Assembly (NCBI GenBank): GCA_964508365.1
Contig: CAZDTP010000025.1
Coordinates: 1-50,013 of the forward strand
Direction of reading: 5' to 3'
Source of the DNA: an uncultured archaeon
Lineage (GTDB): Archaea; Asgardarchaeota; Lokiarchaeia; Sigyniarchaeales; SOKP01
DNA: 50,013 nt
Part shown: in pieces, positions 9,847-18,551 of the stretch
Numbering within the stretch: position 1 is the stretch's first letter
Layout of the letters: each line of letters begins with the position of its first letter
Notes under the pieces: model-generated
Told to the model about the DNA's origin: nothing
Databases searched by the model: none
The model's input: only the letters and a program-made list of their open reading frames with translations
Translations under genes and position numbers: made by a program

Positions 9847-10027
9847 GCCTCGATAGCTCAGCTAGGTAGAGCTCCGTTTCGGTGTGCCTAAAGCACCCGG
9901 CTAAGGTAAAATCATTTTACCTCCGGAAGTTAACCGGGCGGTCGCATGTTCGATTTGTTGACTAGTTTCTGGGCAATACGAGAACCATAAAACTATCGAT
10001 TTCCGAAGTTTGGTTTAGCTCGGGGCG
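9847..10027 (+). tRNA. tRNA-Asn(GTT) with four introns: 9870-9891 (22/23), 9903-9928 (33/34), 9955-9984 (59/60), 9989-10017 (63/64)
   Basis: Each intron has a 4-bp helix with two 3-nt bulges; the spliced product is a 74-nt cloverleaf with stems GCCTCGA/TCGGGGC, GCTC/GAGC, CCCGG/CCGGG and GCATG/CATGC. Confidence 0.9.
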
Positions 10028-10083
10028 CTTTTATTCCTTTTTATCTAATCAAATAAGACGATCTCTATTTTTAATTCGAAAAA

Positions 10084-10698
10084 TTAAAGAAATAAAGGAA
10101 GGCTAGTAGTAAATCCTGCTAACAATCCCGTCACGATGCCACTTATTAAAGAGACCATTGATTTTTTTGTTTTAGTTCCTTCTTTATTAATGATCTGCCA
10201 TATGCTTATTGTAATCGTCAAGAGCGCCATAAAGGAAACTATAGCTACTCCGTAATAAATAGTTTTCTCGTATGGATAGGTTGTCTTATTAATATCTGAA
10301 ACGCTGTTTAATGCAAAGGGATCAAATATTCCTGATAAAGAAATAAAATTAAAAATGAGCCTATCAGGTAAGGGATCTAAAACAGCCAGCAAGAAGAATG
10401 TGAACCAATCGAATAGAATTCCGAACGCAAAAAGGATGTAAAGCGTAGCTAGAATTAATCGAGGCTTCGTCATGGGATTATCCGCTAGCTTTTGTTCCTT
10501 TTTGTATTTCATCCGCGCTAAAATGTACTTTCCTCTTAAACTAAAAAAGGTTAAGATTCCGATAATGAGCAGTATACCAAAAAAAACATATTTCAAATAC
10601 CCAAATACCAATTCAATAAAAGAATTAATCTCGATAAACAAATCGTCAAAGTTGGGTAAAAATGGGATTATTTGATAGAAAATGTGGGTGATCATCAA
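10084..10698 (-). CDS. Hypothetical multi-pass membrane protein
   Basis: 204-aa ORF with about four hydrophobic segments; no recognised family. Confidence 0.7.
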   Translation of the reverse strand: MMITHIFYQIIPFLPNFDDLFIEINSFIELVFGYLKYVFFGILLIIGILTFFSLRGKYILARMKYKKEQKLADNPMTKPRLILATLYILFAFGILFDWFTFFLLAVLDPLPDRLIFNFISLSGIFDPFALNSVSDINKTTYPYEKTIYYGVAIVSFMALLTITISIWQIINKEGTKTKKSMVSLISGIVTGLLAGFTTSLPLFL

Positions 10699-10832
10699 TA
10701 ATATCTTAAAAATTAGCTATTTAAATTCTACAGATTAAATTATGTTCAATCACAAAATCTTAATAACCAATCATTAGAGTATCAATTTTATTTAAAATAT
10801 ACAGAAATAATACTTATCAAAAGAGGTTAAAA

Positions 10833-11369
10833 TTAAGCTTGGTTTGCGTAAAATATAAGCCATTTTGCCATGGCTTGAAACGATTCGTTTACGTTTATAT
10901 TTTCTTTAGATGAGGTGAAAACGCATTGATTGCATTTAGCTTTTTGAGCGTAATCGTTAGCGATATCGAAGTCAACTTCGTGATTTTGCAGGTCCCACTT
11001 CATCCCCATTAGTATGATTGGCACGAAACCTGCTTTTTGACGAATAATTTTAAGCCAAACTGGAATCTCTCTAAATGTGTCGTAATCTGTGATATCAAAA
11101 CAAATTAATCCTCCACTTGCGCCTTTACAATAATCTGGTAAAAGTTCTCGGAATCTTTTTTCTCCAGCAAAATCCCATAATTGCATTTTTACGGATTCTC
11201 CTGTGTCTAGCGTTTCTGACTTAGTATGAAATCCAGCACCTATCGTCATTTTATAACCTTCTTCAAATTTACCCGTACAATACCGAGTTACCATTGCCGT
11301 TTTTCCAACTCCACCGGCTCCAGCAACGATCACTTTAAAAATCCATGAACTCATCATTTTTTGTTTCAA
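10833..11369 (-). CDS. Rab/Ras-like small GTPase (Asgard eukaryotic signature protein)
   Basis: G1 GAGGVGKT, G2 TIG, G3 WDFAGE, G4 MKWD, G5 SSK; no C-terminal prenylation motif. Confidence 0.93.
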   Translation of the reverse strand: MKQKMMSSWIFKVIVAGAGGVGKTAMVTRYCTGKFEEGYKMTIGAGFHTKSETLDTGESVKMQLWDFAGEKRFRELLPDYCKGASGGLICFDITDYDTFREIPVWLKIIRQKAGFVPIILMGMKWDLQNHEVDFDIANDYAQKAKCNQCVFTSSKENINVNESFQAMAKWLIFYANQA

Positions 11370-11565
11370 GAATCGTTAATTTTTTATACTTAGAAAGAAT
11401 TTGTTTGGTTTACAATTTTAATCCAAACTACACTTTGTATAAAACTTTGCATTTTTAAAATTATTCAAAACTAAAATAAAAAAAGGTTTTTATAAGATTT
11501 AGGTCTATTATTTTTTAGTATTGTATTTTTATATGTTACAATAATAAAGGTTGTGAAAAAAGAGT

Positions 11566-11907
11566 ATTAAAGACGACGATATTTGTCCAATATGTAGTTT
11601 TCCGAAAGACTTATGTATATGCGATAGTTTAAGCGCAGATGAACAACAAATTATTATTTCTAACGATCGACGTAAATGGGGGCGAGTTGTTTCAGTTATC
11701 AAATTCCAAGGGAACATAGATGCAAATCTAAAAGATATTCTTACGCAAGCTAAGAAAAAATGTGCTTCTGGAGGGACTGTGAGAGGTAATGAAATCGAAC
11801 TTCAAGGTGATCACAAATTCAAGCTAAAAAAATTTCTAATAGATTTAGGATTCCCCGAGGAAAATATTATCATTCAAGAACGTATGATGGGAACACCGCG
11901 AGGATAA
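11566..11907 (+). CDS. sui1: Translation initiation factor aIF1/SUI1, not in the ORF track; proposed ATT start
   Basis: ICPICSFPKDLCICD, KKKCASGGTV and IELQGDH motifs; an in-frame TGA at 11554-11556 precedes it with no ATG/GTG/TTG before the conserved N-terminus; start position uncertain. Confidence 0.88.
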   Translation: MKDDDICPICSFPKDLCICDSLSADEQQIIISNDRRKWGRVVSVIKFQGNIDANLKDILTQAKKKCASGGTVRGNEIELQGDHKFKLKKFLIDLGFPEENIIIQERMMGTPRG

Positions 11908-11983
11908 CGACCCCTTAAAAGTCAGAAGTTCATTTGCTTTTTTTTAAATCTCGTAATTTCAAATAATAATAAAATAGGATTCA

Positions 11984-12427
11984 ATGAGTTCGATATTTTA
12001 CAAGGTTATTTTTGAAGGGACAAAAGAGGATTCTAGCGATTCATACTCGCTAACATTTAAAGATATATTTAGTGATAATCAAATTCAAATTTCTTCTCAA
12101 TTCTTTACCACTCTGAGAGTTTTGAGCCAGAAAGATTCTAATATCGTCCACTTTCAAAATATAAAAGAGGTAATAAAAAAGGGGAATCCATCCATTAAAA
12201 TCGATATCAATTATTATATCGTCATTCTCTACACAAAATTAAACGATGGAAAAAAAGAAGGTTTTTTAATAGGAAATATAAAAAATATGGGAGATATGTT
12301 AATAGGTAAGTGGCCATTTAATGAAGAAAATATATCTGATTCAAAAGATCTTCATATAAAGAAATTAGATTTACTTACAAATAGTAGCAAATTTAATAAC
12401 ATCTGTGTAATTTATCCTATGAAATAA
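11984..12427 (+). CDS. Hypothetical protein
   Basis: 147-aa ORF filling the gap between convergent genes; no motif recognised. Confidence 0.65.
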   Translation: MSSIFYKVIFEGTKEDSSDSYSLTFKDIFSDNQIQISSQFFTTLRVLSQKDSNIVHFQNIKEVIKKGNPSIKIDINYYIVILYTKLNDGKKEGFLIGNIKNMGDMLIGKWPFNEENISDSKDLHIKKLDLLTNSSKFNNICVIYPMK

Positions 12428-12447
12428 AAAAATACGATAATTAAAGG

Positions 12448-13395
12448 TTAAAAGAAATTAGCTTCGTTCTCTTTTAGAAAATCATAAATTTCTCGATTGT
12501 TTGGCATTCCAGTTCTCGCACCTAATTTTTGAATTTTTAATGAAGCTGCTGCATTGGCAAACATACAGGATTTTTCTAAATCCCAACCTTTAATCCAATA
12601 AGCTAAAGAAAAAGCACCATTGAAAGTATCACCTGCACCTGTTGTATCTACAATATTTTCTATATGGTAAGCAGGTATCTTTTTTTGATAATTATTTGTT
12701 GTTAATAAAGCACCATTTTTTCCTAATGTGATAATTACTACAGGTACCCCTTTTTTCACTAAAATTTTCGCTGCTTTTTGAGGATTATCGCTATTTGTAA
12801 TTAACTTTGCCCCTTCTTTGTTCGGAAGTAAAACATCCGCCTTTAGTAGAATATTTTTTAATTTATCCCAACCCCTTAATGCAATTTGAGACTCTAAATC
12901 GATACTTACTTTTACTTCATTATTCTTTGCTATTTCAAGTGCTTTCTCAGTTAATTCCTGATGAATAATAGTAGTATGCAATAGTTTAGAATCTACTATG
13001 GAGGATTCTTGTAATTCTTCAATATCCAATCTTGTTGTTTGCATATGTGGTGATTGAATAATAGATTTCTCACCTTTAGCCACAAATATAAAGTTAACTG
13101 GCGTTTTTTTATTGAGTTTTCTAACAATATAACTTGTATCTACGTTTTCTTTTAAAAAATCATCGATTAACAAATCAGCATACTGGTCATCTCCAACGGC
13201 TCCAATAAATCCACAACAACCTTCCAATCTAGCTAGAGCCACTAAATAATTAGCAGTGACTCCACCAGGAAAATAATTTTCACTTAAAGCATCTATTTTT
13301 TCATCTGGCTTTGGAAAATGGGGCACTTCTGCAACCCAATCTAAAACTACTTCCCCTAATCCAACGATATTTACTTGTTTCATAGTTCTTTTCAA
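12448..13395 (-). CDS. PfkB/ribokinase-family carbohydrate kinase
   Basis: PGGVTAN, GAVGDDQY, DTTGAGDTFNG motifs. Confidence 0.93.
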   Translation of the reverse strand: MKRTMKQVNIVGLGEVVLDWVAEVPHFPKPDEKIDALSENYFPGGVTANYLVALARLEGCCGFIGAVGDDQYADLLIDDFLKENVDTSYIVRKLNKKTPVNFIFVAKGEKSIIQSPHMQTTRLDIEELQESSIVDSKLLHTTIIHQELTEKALEIAKNNEVKVSIDLESQIALRGWDKLKNILLKADVLLPNKEGAKLITNSDNPQKAAKILVKKGVPVVIITLGKNGALLTTNNYQKKIPAYHIENIVDTTGAGDTFNGAFSLAYWIKGWDLEKSCMFANAAASLKIQKLGARTGMPNNREIYDFLKENEANFF

Positions 13396-13477
13396 TACAT
13401 TTAACTTTTTTATCTAATTATAATTTAATGAACTAGAAACAAAATAGATGTAGATGGTTTTAATTATTATTATGTAT

Positions 13478-15202
13478 TTAAGTCATAATTTCTTTTATTC
13501 GATTCTCTAAATCATCATCAATATTAATATCTTGAAAATTTGAAGCCACTATTTCATAAGAATCACTGTAATCATTAAATTTTACTCGGCCTTTAATCAT
13601 AATATCCCTACCAATGATATCTGAAGAAAACTTTTTCAACAATTTTTCATAATCGGGAGTGTCTTTAACCTTTACAATTATCTCTGCTTTTTCTCCAACT
13701 AATTTCTCTGCTGCTTCTCCAATAAATGTCGCTCTGATTTTTCCACTCTCATCTTCAAGAAAGTGACTAGTAATCATTGTAAGTTTTTTATCACCTGTTT
13801 TATCACATGTACAATTATCTATTTTTCTTCTACATTCAGAACAAGCTTCGTAAAATCTGATATTTTTTAATTCGTTAGATATTACACCTTTTATTTCAAA
13901 AAATCCAGAGCTTTGGATAGTACTAATATCAGTAAAATTTCCTGAAAAATTATTTTGTTTGAATTTTGACGATGGTTCAGATACTTTAATATTTTCAATC
14001 TCTAAATTTATTTTTTCTATACTCGAGTCAATAGCAATGGTTACTTCGTTTTTCTGTGAATAATTACTATATCTAAGTTCAACATTTTTCAGTAAAACTC
14101 CGTCTCCGTTCTTCAGGGACATTGAAAGTTCATCTGCTTTCTCCCGCCAAGCTGTAACTCTTATAGAATCAGTATTATCACTTACATTAAACCCTAATAA
14201 TGAAATTTCTTCACCAGATTTTAAAGTTATTCTCCTTAAATCATCTATTGCAGAAATTATTCCTTGAAAAGATATATATCCTTTTTGATTTTGAAGTGTA
14301 TCAATGCTATCAATTTTTTGTACGTCAAATTTTACTTTCTTGTCTTTTTTCGTAATTTGTGTCCAAGAAGTTGCGTGTAAATCTATTTGACCTTCAGTAA
14401 AATTACTTTTTCTAGGATTTAAGTTACTGAGAGAAATGAAATCACCAATTTCAATGTTTTCTATTTTATCGATATCCTCATTCCAAAAACTTATTCTAAT
14501 TTTACCTGATGAATCCCGGGCTAATATCGAGCTTACCTTTCCATTTTGGCCGTCCTTCCGAATGAAGTCGCGTACCGGGAAACGATTCATCACTTTTCCT
14601 TCAATTGTTATAGATCCTGATTTTTCGTCAATCTCATTTATTAATTTAAATTCCTCCTTTATTTTGGCGTATTTCTTATAATCAACATCCTCAGGGGCCA
14701 AAACAATTTTACTAAATCTTCCAATATGAATCTCTATTCCCCCATATCTTCCTTGTTTTGCATTTCCATTCAAGATTTTAACGATTTCATTTTTCTCAAA
14801 TCGTTCATCTTTAAAAACATTTACTTGGTCATCCCATAATACAATTCGAATATCCCCCGTATTATCGTGTAATTGAAAAGATCCCACATATCCGACTTCC
14901 CCATTGCTTTTATTAAAACTATTGAGATTGAAAATATCCTTAATTCTACCAACTAATACAATATTTTTCATGTTCAAGGTAATGTCAGAAATGTTTAATT
15001 CGATTTCATTCAAAAGTTCTTGATTTTCACCTGAAACTTCTACACCTAGTTCTTTAGCTATTACAAACAATGCTCCTTCATCTGAAATTAAACCCTTTAA
15101 TTCCTCTTTTTTCTCTTCCATTAAACTTTGTATTTCCTTTTTAGAAAGTCCAGTATCTTCAATGATTTTATTAAGGTACGCTTCAGTCTTCATTTCTCTC
15201 AC
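13478..15202 (-). CDS. rpa: Replication protein A large subunit (multi-OB fold with Zn finger)
   Basis: Repeated OB motifs (LHDNTGDIRIVLW, RDSSGKIRISFW, VSDNTDSIRVTAW, EDESGKIRATF) and CSEC...CTC. Confidence 0.88.
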   Translation of the reverse strand: MREMKTEAYLNKIIEDTGLSKKEIQSLMEEKKEELKGLISDEGALFVIAKELGVEVSGENQELLNEIELNISDITLNMKNIVLVGRIKDIFNLNSFNKSNGEVGYVGSFQLHDNTGDIRIVLWDDQVNVFKDERFEKNEIVKILNGNAKQGRYGGIEIHIGRFSKIVLAPEDVDYKKYAKIKEEFKLINEIDEKSGSITIEGKVMNRFPVRDFIRKDGQNGKVSSILARDSSGKIRISFWNEDIDKIENIEIGDFISLSNLNPRKSNFTEGQIDLHATSWTQITKKDKKVKFDVQKIDSIDTLQNQKGYISFQGIISAIDDLRRITLKSGEEISLLGFNVSDNTDSIRVTAWREKADELSMSLKNGDGVLLKNVELRYSNYSQKNEVTIAIDSSIEKINLEIENIKVSEPSSKFKQNNFSGNFTDISTIQSSGFFEIKGVISNELKNIRFYEACSECRRKIDNCTCDKTGDKKLTMITSHFLEDESGKIRATFIGEAAEKLVGEKAEIIVKVKDTPDYEKLLKKFSSDIIGRDIMIKGRVKFNDYSDSYEIVASNFQDINIDDDLENRIKEIMT

Positions 15203-15366
15203 TATTTTGTTTAGTTTTCTTTATTCAAAGATAAAATTAGATTTTATACTTTAAAAATGAAATTATTTAATACTTAATTAATCATTATTTTTAAAAAAAA
15301 AGAGTATCTCATATTGGTAATTTGTTATTGATAATTTAAATCAAATGTTATATTTTTGTTGTAATT

Positions 15367-16110
15367 ATGAATAGATTTAGGATCATTCCAGTTATTGATA
15401 TATTATGTTCTCAAGCTGTGCACGCAATCAAAGGAGAACGAGAAAACTATAAGCCCTTGAAATCAGTTTTAATTAATGATAGCAATCCAATACAAGTTGC
15501 ATCAAAATTAAAAAATAAGTATTTATTCAATGAATTTTACATTGCCGATTTGGATGCTATACTTCAAAGAAAGCCTAATATCACAATCCTTTCAAAAATA
15601 CTCGATATTCCTGGGATTGAGATCATAATTGACCCCGGAATAAAAACTAAAAAGAATATAGAAAAATATTTTAGACATAATCTAAAATCGTTAGTTTTAG
15701 GATTAGAAACCTTAAGAGATCTAAAAGTTATTACAGAGTGTTTAAAACTTTTTGATACTAATAAGATTATTGTAAGTATCGATATGTATAACGAAGATAT
15801 TCTAACTAATATCACGGAAATTAGGAATCAAGATATACTTGAAATTGTTTCTAAAATTGAAGATTTAGGTGTAAATAATATCCTTTTACTTGATCTCTTT
15901 AAAGTTGGACAGAAAATGGGAGGAATTCCCGCGCTTTATTTAAAGATAAGAGAAGTGTTTAATGGTGAAATACTAGTTGGAGGTGGAATAAAAGACATTC
16001 AAGATATTAAGGAATATAAAAGTAATAACTTCTCAGGGGTTCTGATTGGGACAGCTTTACACGATGGGTCTATAAAAATCGAAGAACTAAGAAGCTTTCT
16101 CAAAATTTAA
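15367..16110 (+). CDS. HisA/HisF-like TIM-barrel protein (archaeal C1-cofactor-associated HisA-related family)
   Basis: IIPVIDI...AVHAIKGERENY, YIADLDAI, ILVGGGIKD, GVLIGTALH. Confidence 0.8.
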   Translation: MNRFRIIPVIDILCSQAVHAIKGERENYKPLKSVLINDSNPIQVASKLKNKYLFNEFYIADLDAILQRKPNITILSKILDIPGIEIIIDPGIKTKKNIEKYFRHNLKSLVLGLETLRDLKVITECLKLFDTNKIIVSIDMYNEDILTNITEIRNQDILEIVSKIEDLGVNNILLLDLFKVGQKMGGIPALYLKIREVFNGEILVGGGIKDIQDIKEYKSNNFSGVLIGTALHDGSIKIEELRSFLKI

Positions 16111-16637
16111 TCAATAAAAATAACACCCGAGCTTGAAACATTTAAAGATTTCTTACATACGGGGCAAGCGTGCTTCATTCTAACCCAATCGGTTATGTGA
16201 TCCTTATGAGCTTTCGCTTCGCAAATTGGACAGCCAGCCACTTCGTCAAAAATCTCGATATTCTTTCCACACACCGCACACTTGGTTTTTGATGCCGTAG
16301 AAATCCGTATTACTTCTTTTTTTATATCGAGCACAATATTATCTGTGTTTTCCGCTGTAGGATTAATTTGTTTCAATTCGGTTCGGGTATCAACACAAAA
16401 GATAGTTCCCTCACTATCATCTTTACGATTCCCTATCCAAACCACTTTACCCTTAAAATAACTAGATCCCTCGTTTTCTAACGAGAGGTTTAACCTTCGA
16501 TCTTCCATCACAAATGTTTGAATTACTTTAGTATATTTCAACCCATCTAAATTTGAGGATATTTGTTTAATCACTTCAAATGGTTCTCTGAATACTTCAT
16601 TTGTTATATCGACTTTTGTGATTTCTTTCGGAGACAT
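16107..16637 (-). CDS. RING-like zinc-finger protein (putative E3 ligase)
   Basis: C-terminal CAVC-x12-CPIC-x4-HKDH-ITDW-x6-CPVC: eight ligands plus the RING Trp. Confidence 0.65.
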   Translation of the reverse strand: MSPKEITKVDITNEVFREPFEVIKQISSNLDGLKYTKVIQTFVMEDRRLNLSLENEGSSYFKGKVVWIGNRKDDSEGTIFCVDTRTELKQINPTAENTDNIVLDIKKEVIRISTASKTKCAVCGKNIEIFDEVAGCPICEAKAHKDHITDWVRMKHACPVCKKSLNVSSSGVIFID

Positions 16638-16838
16638 AATAATTCATAATTTTTTTGATATTTAATAATAATTATTTAATTTAAATTTTTATATCATTTT
16701 CTTTCTTTAACATTTTTAATCACATTTTAAATATCCCAAAATAAAAGATAATTTATAGCTTGAAGAATAAAAGATCTAGTATTAGAAGAATCTAATTAGA
16801 TATTTGGGTTAATTATAATTACTTCATATAATAAGTGA

Positions 16839-17579
16839 TTGGTTATGCAAAAAAGTATCAAATTGCTTGTAAGCCCTAAATCATTAGAAGAAGCCAAAGT
16901 TGTGGTTCGACAAAAAGATGTAGATTATATAGATTGTAAGAATCCCATTGAAGGTTCTTTAGGAGCTAATTTTCCGTGGATTATAAAGAAAATGAAGAGT
17001 CTAATACCTCCAAATAGCTCTCAATTATTAAGTGCAGCCATAGGGGACTTCCCAAATTTACCTGGATCAGCTTCTTTGGCCGCTTTAGGCGCCGCAGTAT
17101 CCGGAGCTGATATTATTAAAATAGGTCTTAAAGAATCAACTACAGAGGATGATTGTATATATTTAATGAAAAATGTTGTGAAAGCTGTAAAAACCTATAA
17201 TGAAAATATAAAAATTGTAGTAGCCGGGTATGCAGACAGAATAAGGATGGTTTCATCACCGGATTTTTTATTACTCCCAAATATTGCAGCCAAATCTGGG
17301 GCCAATATAGTGATGCTTGATACATTCATCAAAGATGGAAAAGGTTTATTTGATTTTTTAAGCGTTGAGCAATTAAAGCTTTTTAAAAAGAAAGCAAAAA
17401 AACTCAATCTAGAAGTCGCTTTAGCGGGGTATTTAATGATGGAATCCCTCCCAATGGTAAAAAAGATAATGCCAGATATAATTGGCGTAAGGAGTATAGT
17501 ATGTGAAGGATATGACAGGAATAATGGAATGATTAAAGGACATCTCATAGAAGAGTTAAAAGCTGAGTTATATACTTAA
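16839..17579 (+). CDS. mfnB: (5-formylfuran-3-yl)methyl phosphate synthase (methanofuran biosynthesis, DUF556)
   Basis: LLVSP..EEA, IDCKNPIEGSLGANFP, SAAIGD, IKIGL, MLDT..KDGK, GVRS..C. Confidence 0.9.
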   Translation: MVMQKSIKLLVSPKSLEEAKVVVRQKDVDYIDCKNPIEGSLGANFPWIIKKMKSLIPPNSSQLLSAAIGDFPNLPGSASLAALGAAVSGADIIKIGLKESTTEDDCIYLMKNVVKAVKTYNENIKIVVAGYADRIRMVSSPDFLLLPNIAAKSGANIVMLDTFIKDGKGLFDFLSVEQLKLFKKKAKKLNLEVALAGYLMMESLPMVKKIMPDIIGVRSIVCEGYDRNNGMIKGHLIEELKAELYT

Positions 17580-17672
17580 AGCTTTTAAAAATAGATACAA
17601 TGAGTAATTAAATACTCATATTTTTAGTTCATTTTAATAATATTAATTTGGTTACATTGTTGATTTGTTATT

Positions 17673-18506
17673 ATGTACGAAAAGGAATTAGGAATAATTG
17701 GTGTTGGTAAAATTGGTTCTGCTCTCTTAAAAAGACTAATTTCTACTAATACGATTGATAAGAACAAAATTATAATTTTTGATGTAGATAAAGAGAAATT
17801 GCACAATCTTTCAAAAGACTTGGATGTAGATTGTGCTAAAAGCAATACCGATTTAGTTAATTCAACTAAACATGTCTTAATTGCTGTTATCCCTCAAGTA
17901 ATGGATATTGTTTTGAGAGAAATAGAAACGGCAATATCTACACAGCATGTAATAATATCTATTGCAGCTGGAGTTTCTTTTACTCATATAACTAAAATAA
18001 TTAGCAAACCCGTATCATTAATACGAATAATGACTAACACTCCAGCTCTTGTAGGTGCAGCTGCTACAGCGATAGCTCGTAATGAAAATGTTAAAGAATA
18101 CCAACTAGAGTTCGTTAAAAAAATCTTTAGTTCTGTAGGGATGGTAGTAGAATTAGAAGAAAGACATTTAGACGCGGTAACTGGTTTATCCGGAAGTGGT
18201 CCTGCTTATATATTTATAATTATTGAAGCTTTAGCCGATGGGGGTGTAAAAATGGGATTACCTAGGGACATTGCCCTAAAACTAGCTGCTCAGACCGCTT
18301 TAGGTTCTGCAAAACTTCTATTGGAAACAAACATACACCCCGCAGCACTGAAAGATATGGTAGCAACTCCAGGAGGCACTACTATTACTGCTATACACGA
18401 ACTTGAATCTGCAAAGATAAGAGCCACCTTAATTGGAGCAGTAGAAGCTGCTACCATAAAATCCAAATCATTAAATTCAGCAAAAACAAATAATGCTCAT
18501 AATTAG
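17673..18506 (+). CDS. proC: Pyrroline-5-carboxylate reductase
   Basis: GVGKIG, ISIAAG, RIMTNTP, VTGLSGSGPAY, VATPGGTT. Confidence 0.96.
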   Translation: MYEKELGIIGVGKIGSALLKRLISTNTIDKNKIIIFDVDKEKLHNLSKDLDVDCAKSNTDLVNSTKHVLIAVIPQVMDIVLREIETAISTQHVIISIAAGVSFTHITKIISKPVSLIRIMTNTPALVGAAATAIARNENVKEYQLEFVKKIFSSVGMVVELEERHLDAVTGLSGSGPAYIFIIIEALADGGVKMGLPRDIALKLAAQTALGSAKLLLETNIHPAALKDMVATPGGTTITAIHELESAKIRATLIGAVEAATIKSKSLNSAKTNNAHN

Positions 18507-18551
18507 TTAAATAAAACTTTTTATACAAGATTTTCTTGTTATCTGTTAGAA

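Noticed and set aside
11533-11544. ATG TTA CAA TAA upstream ORF regulating SUI1
   Set aside because: It overlaps the likely TATA box, so it probably lies upstream of the transcription start.
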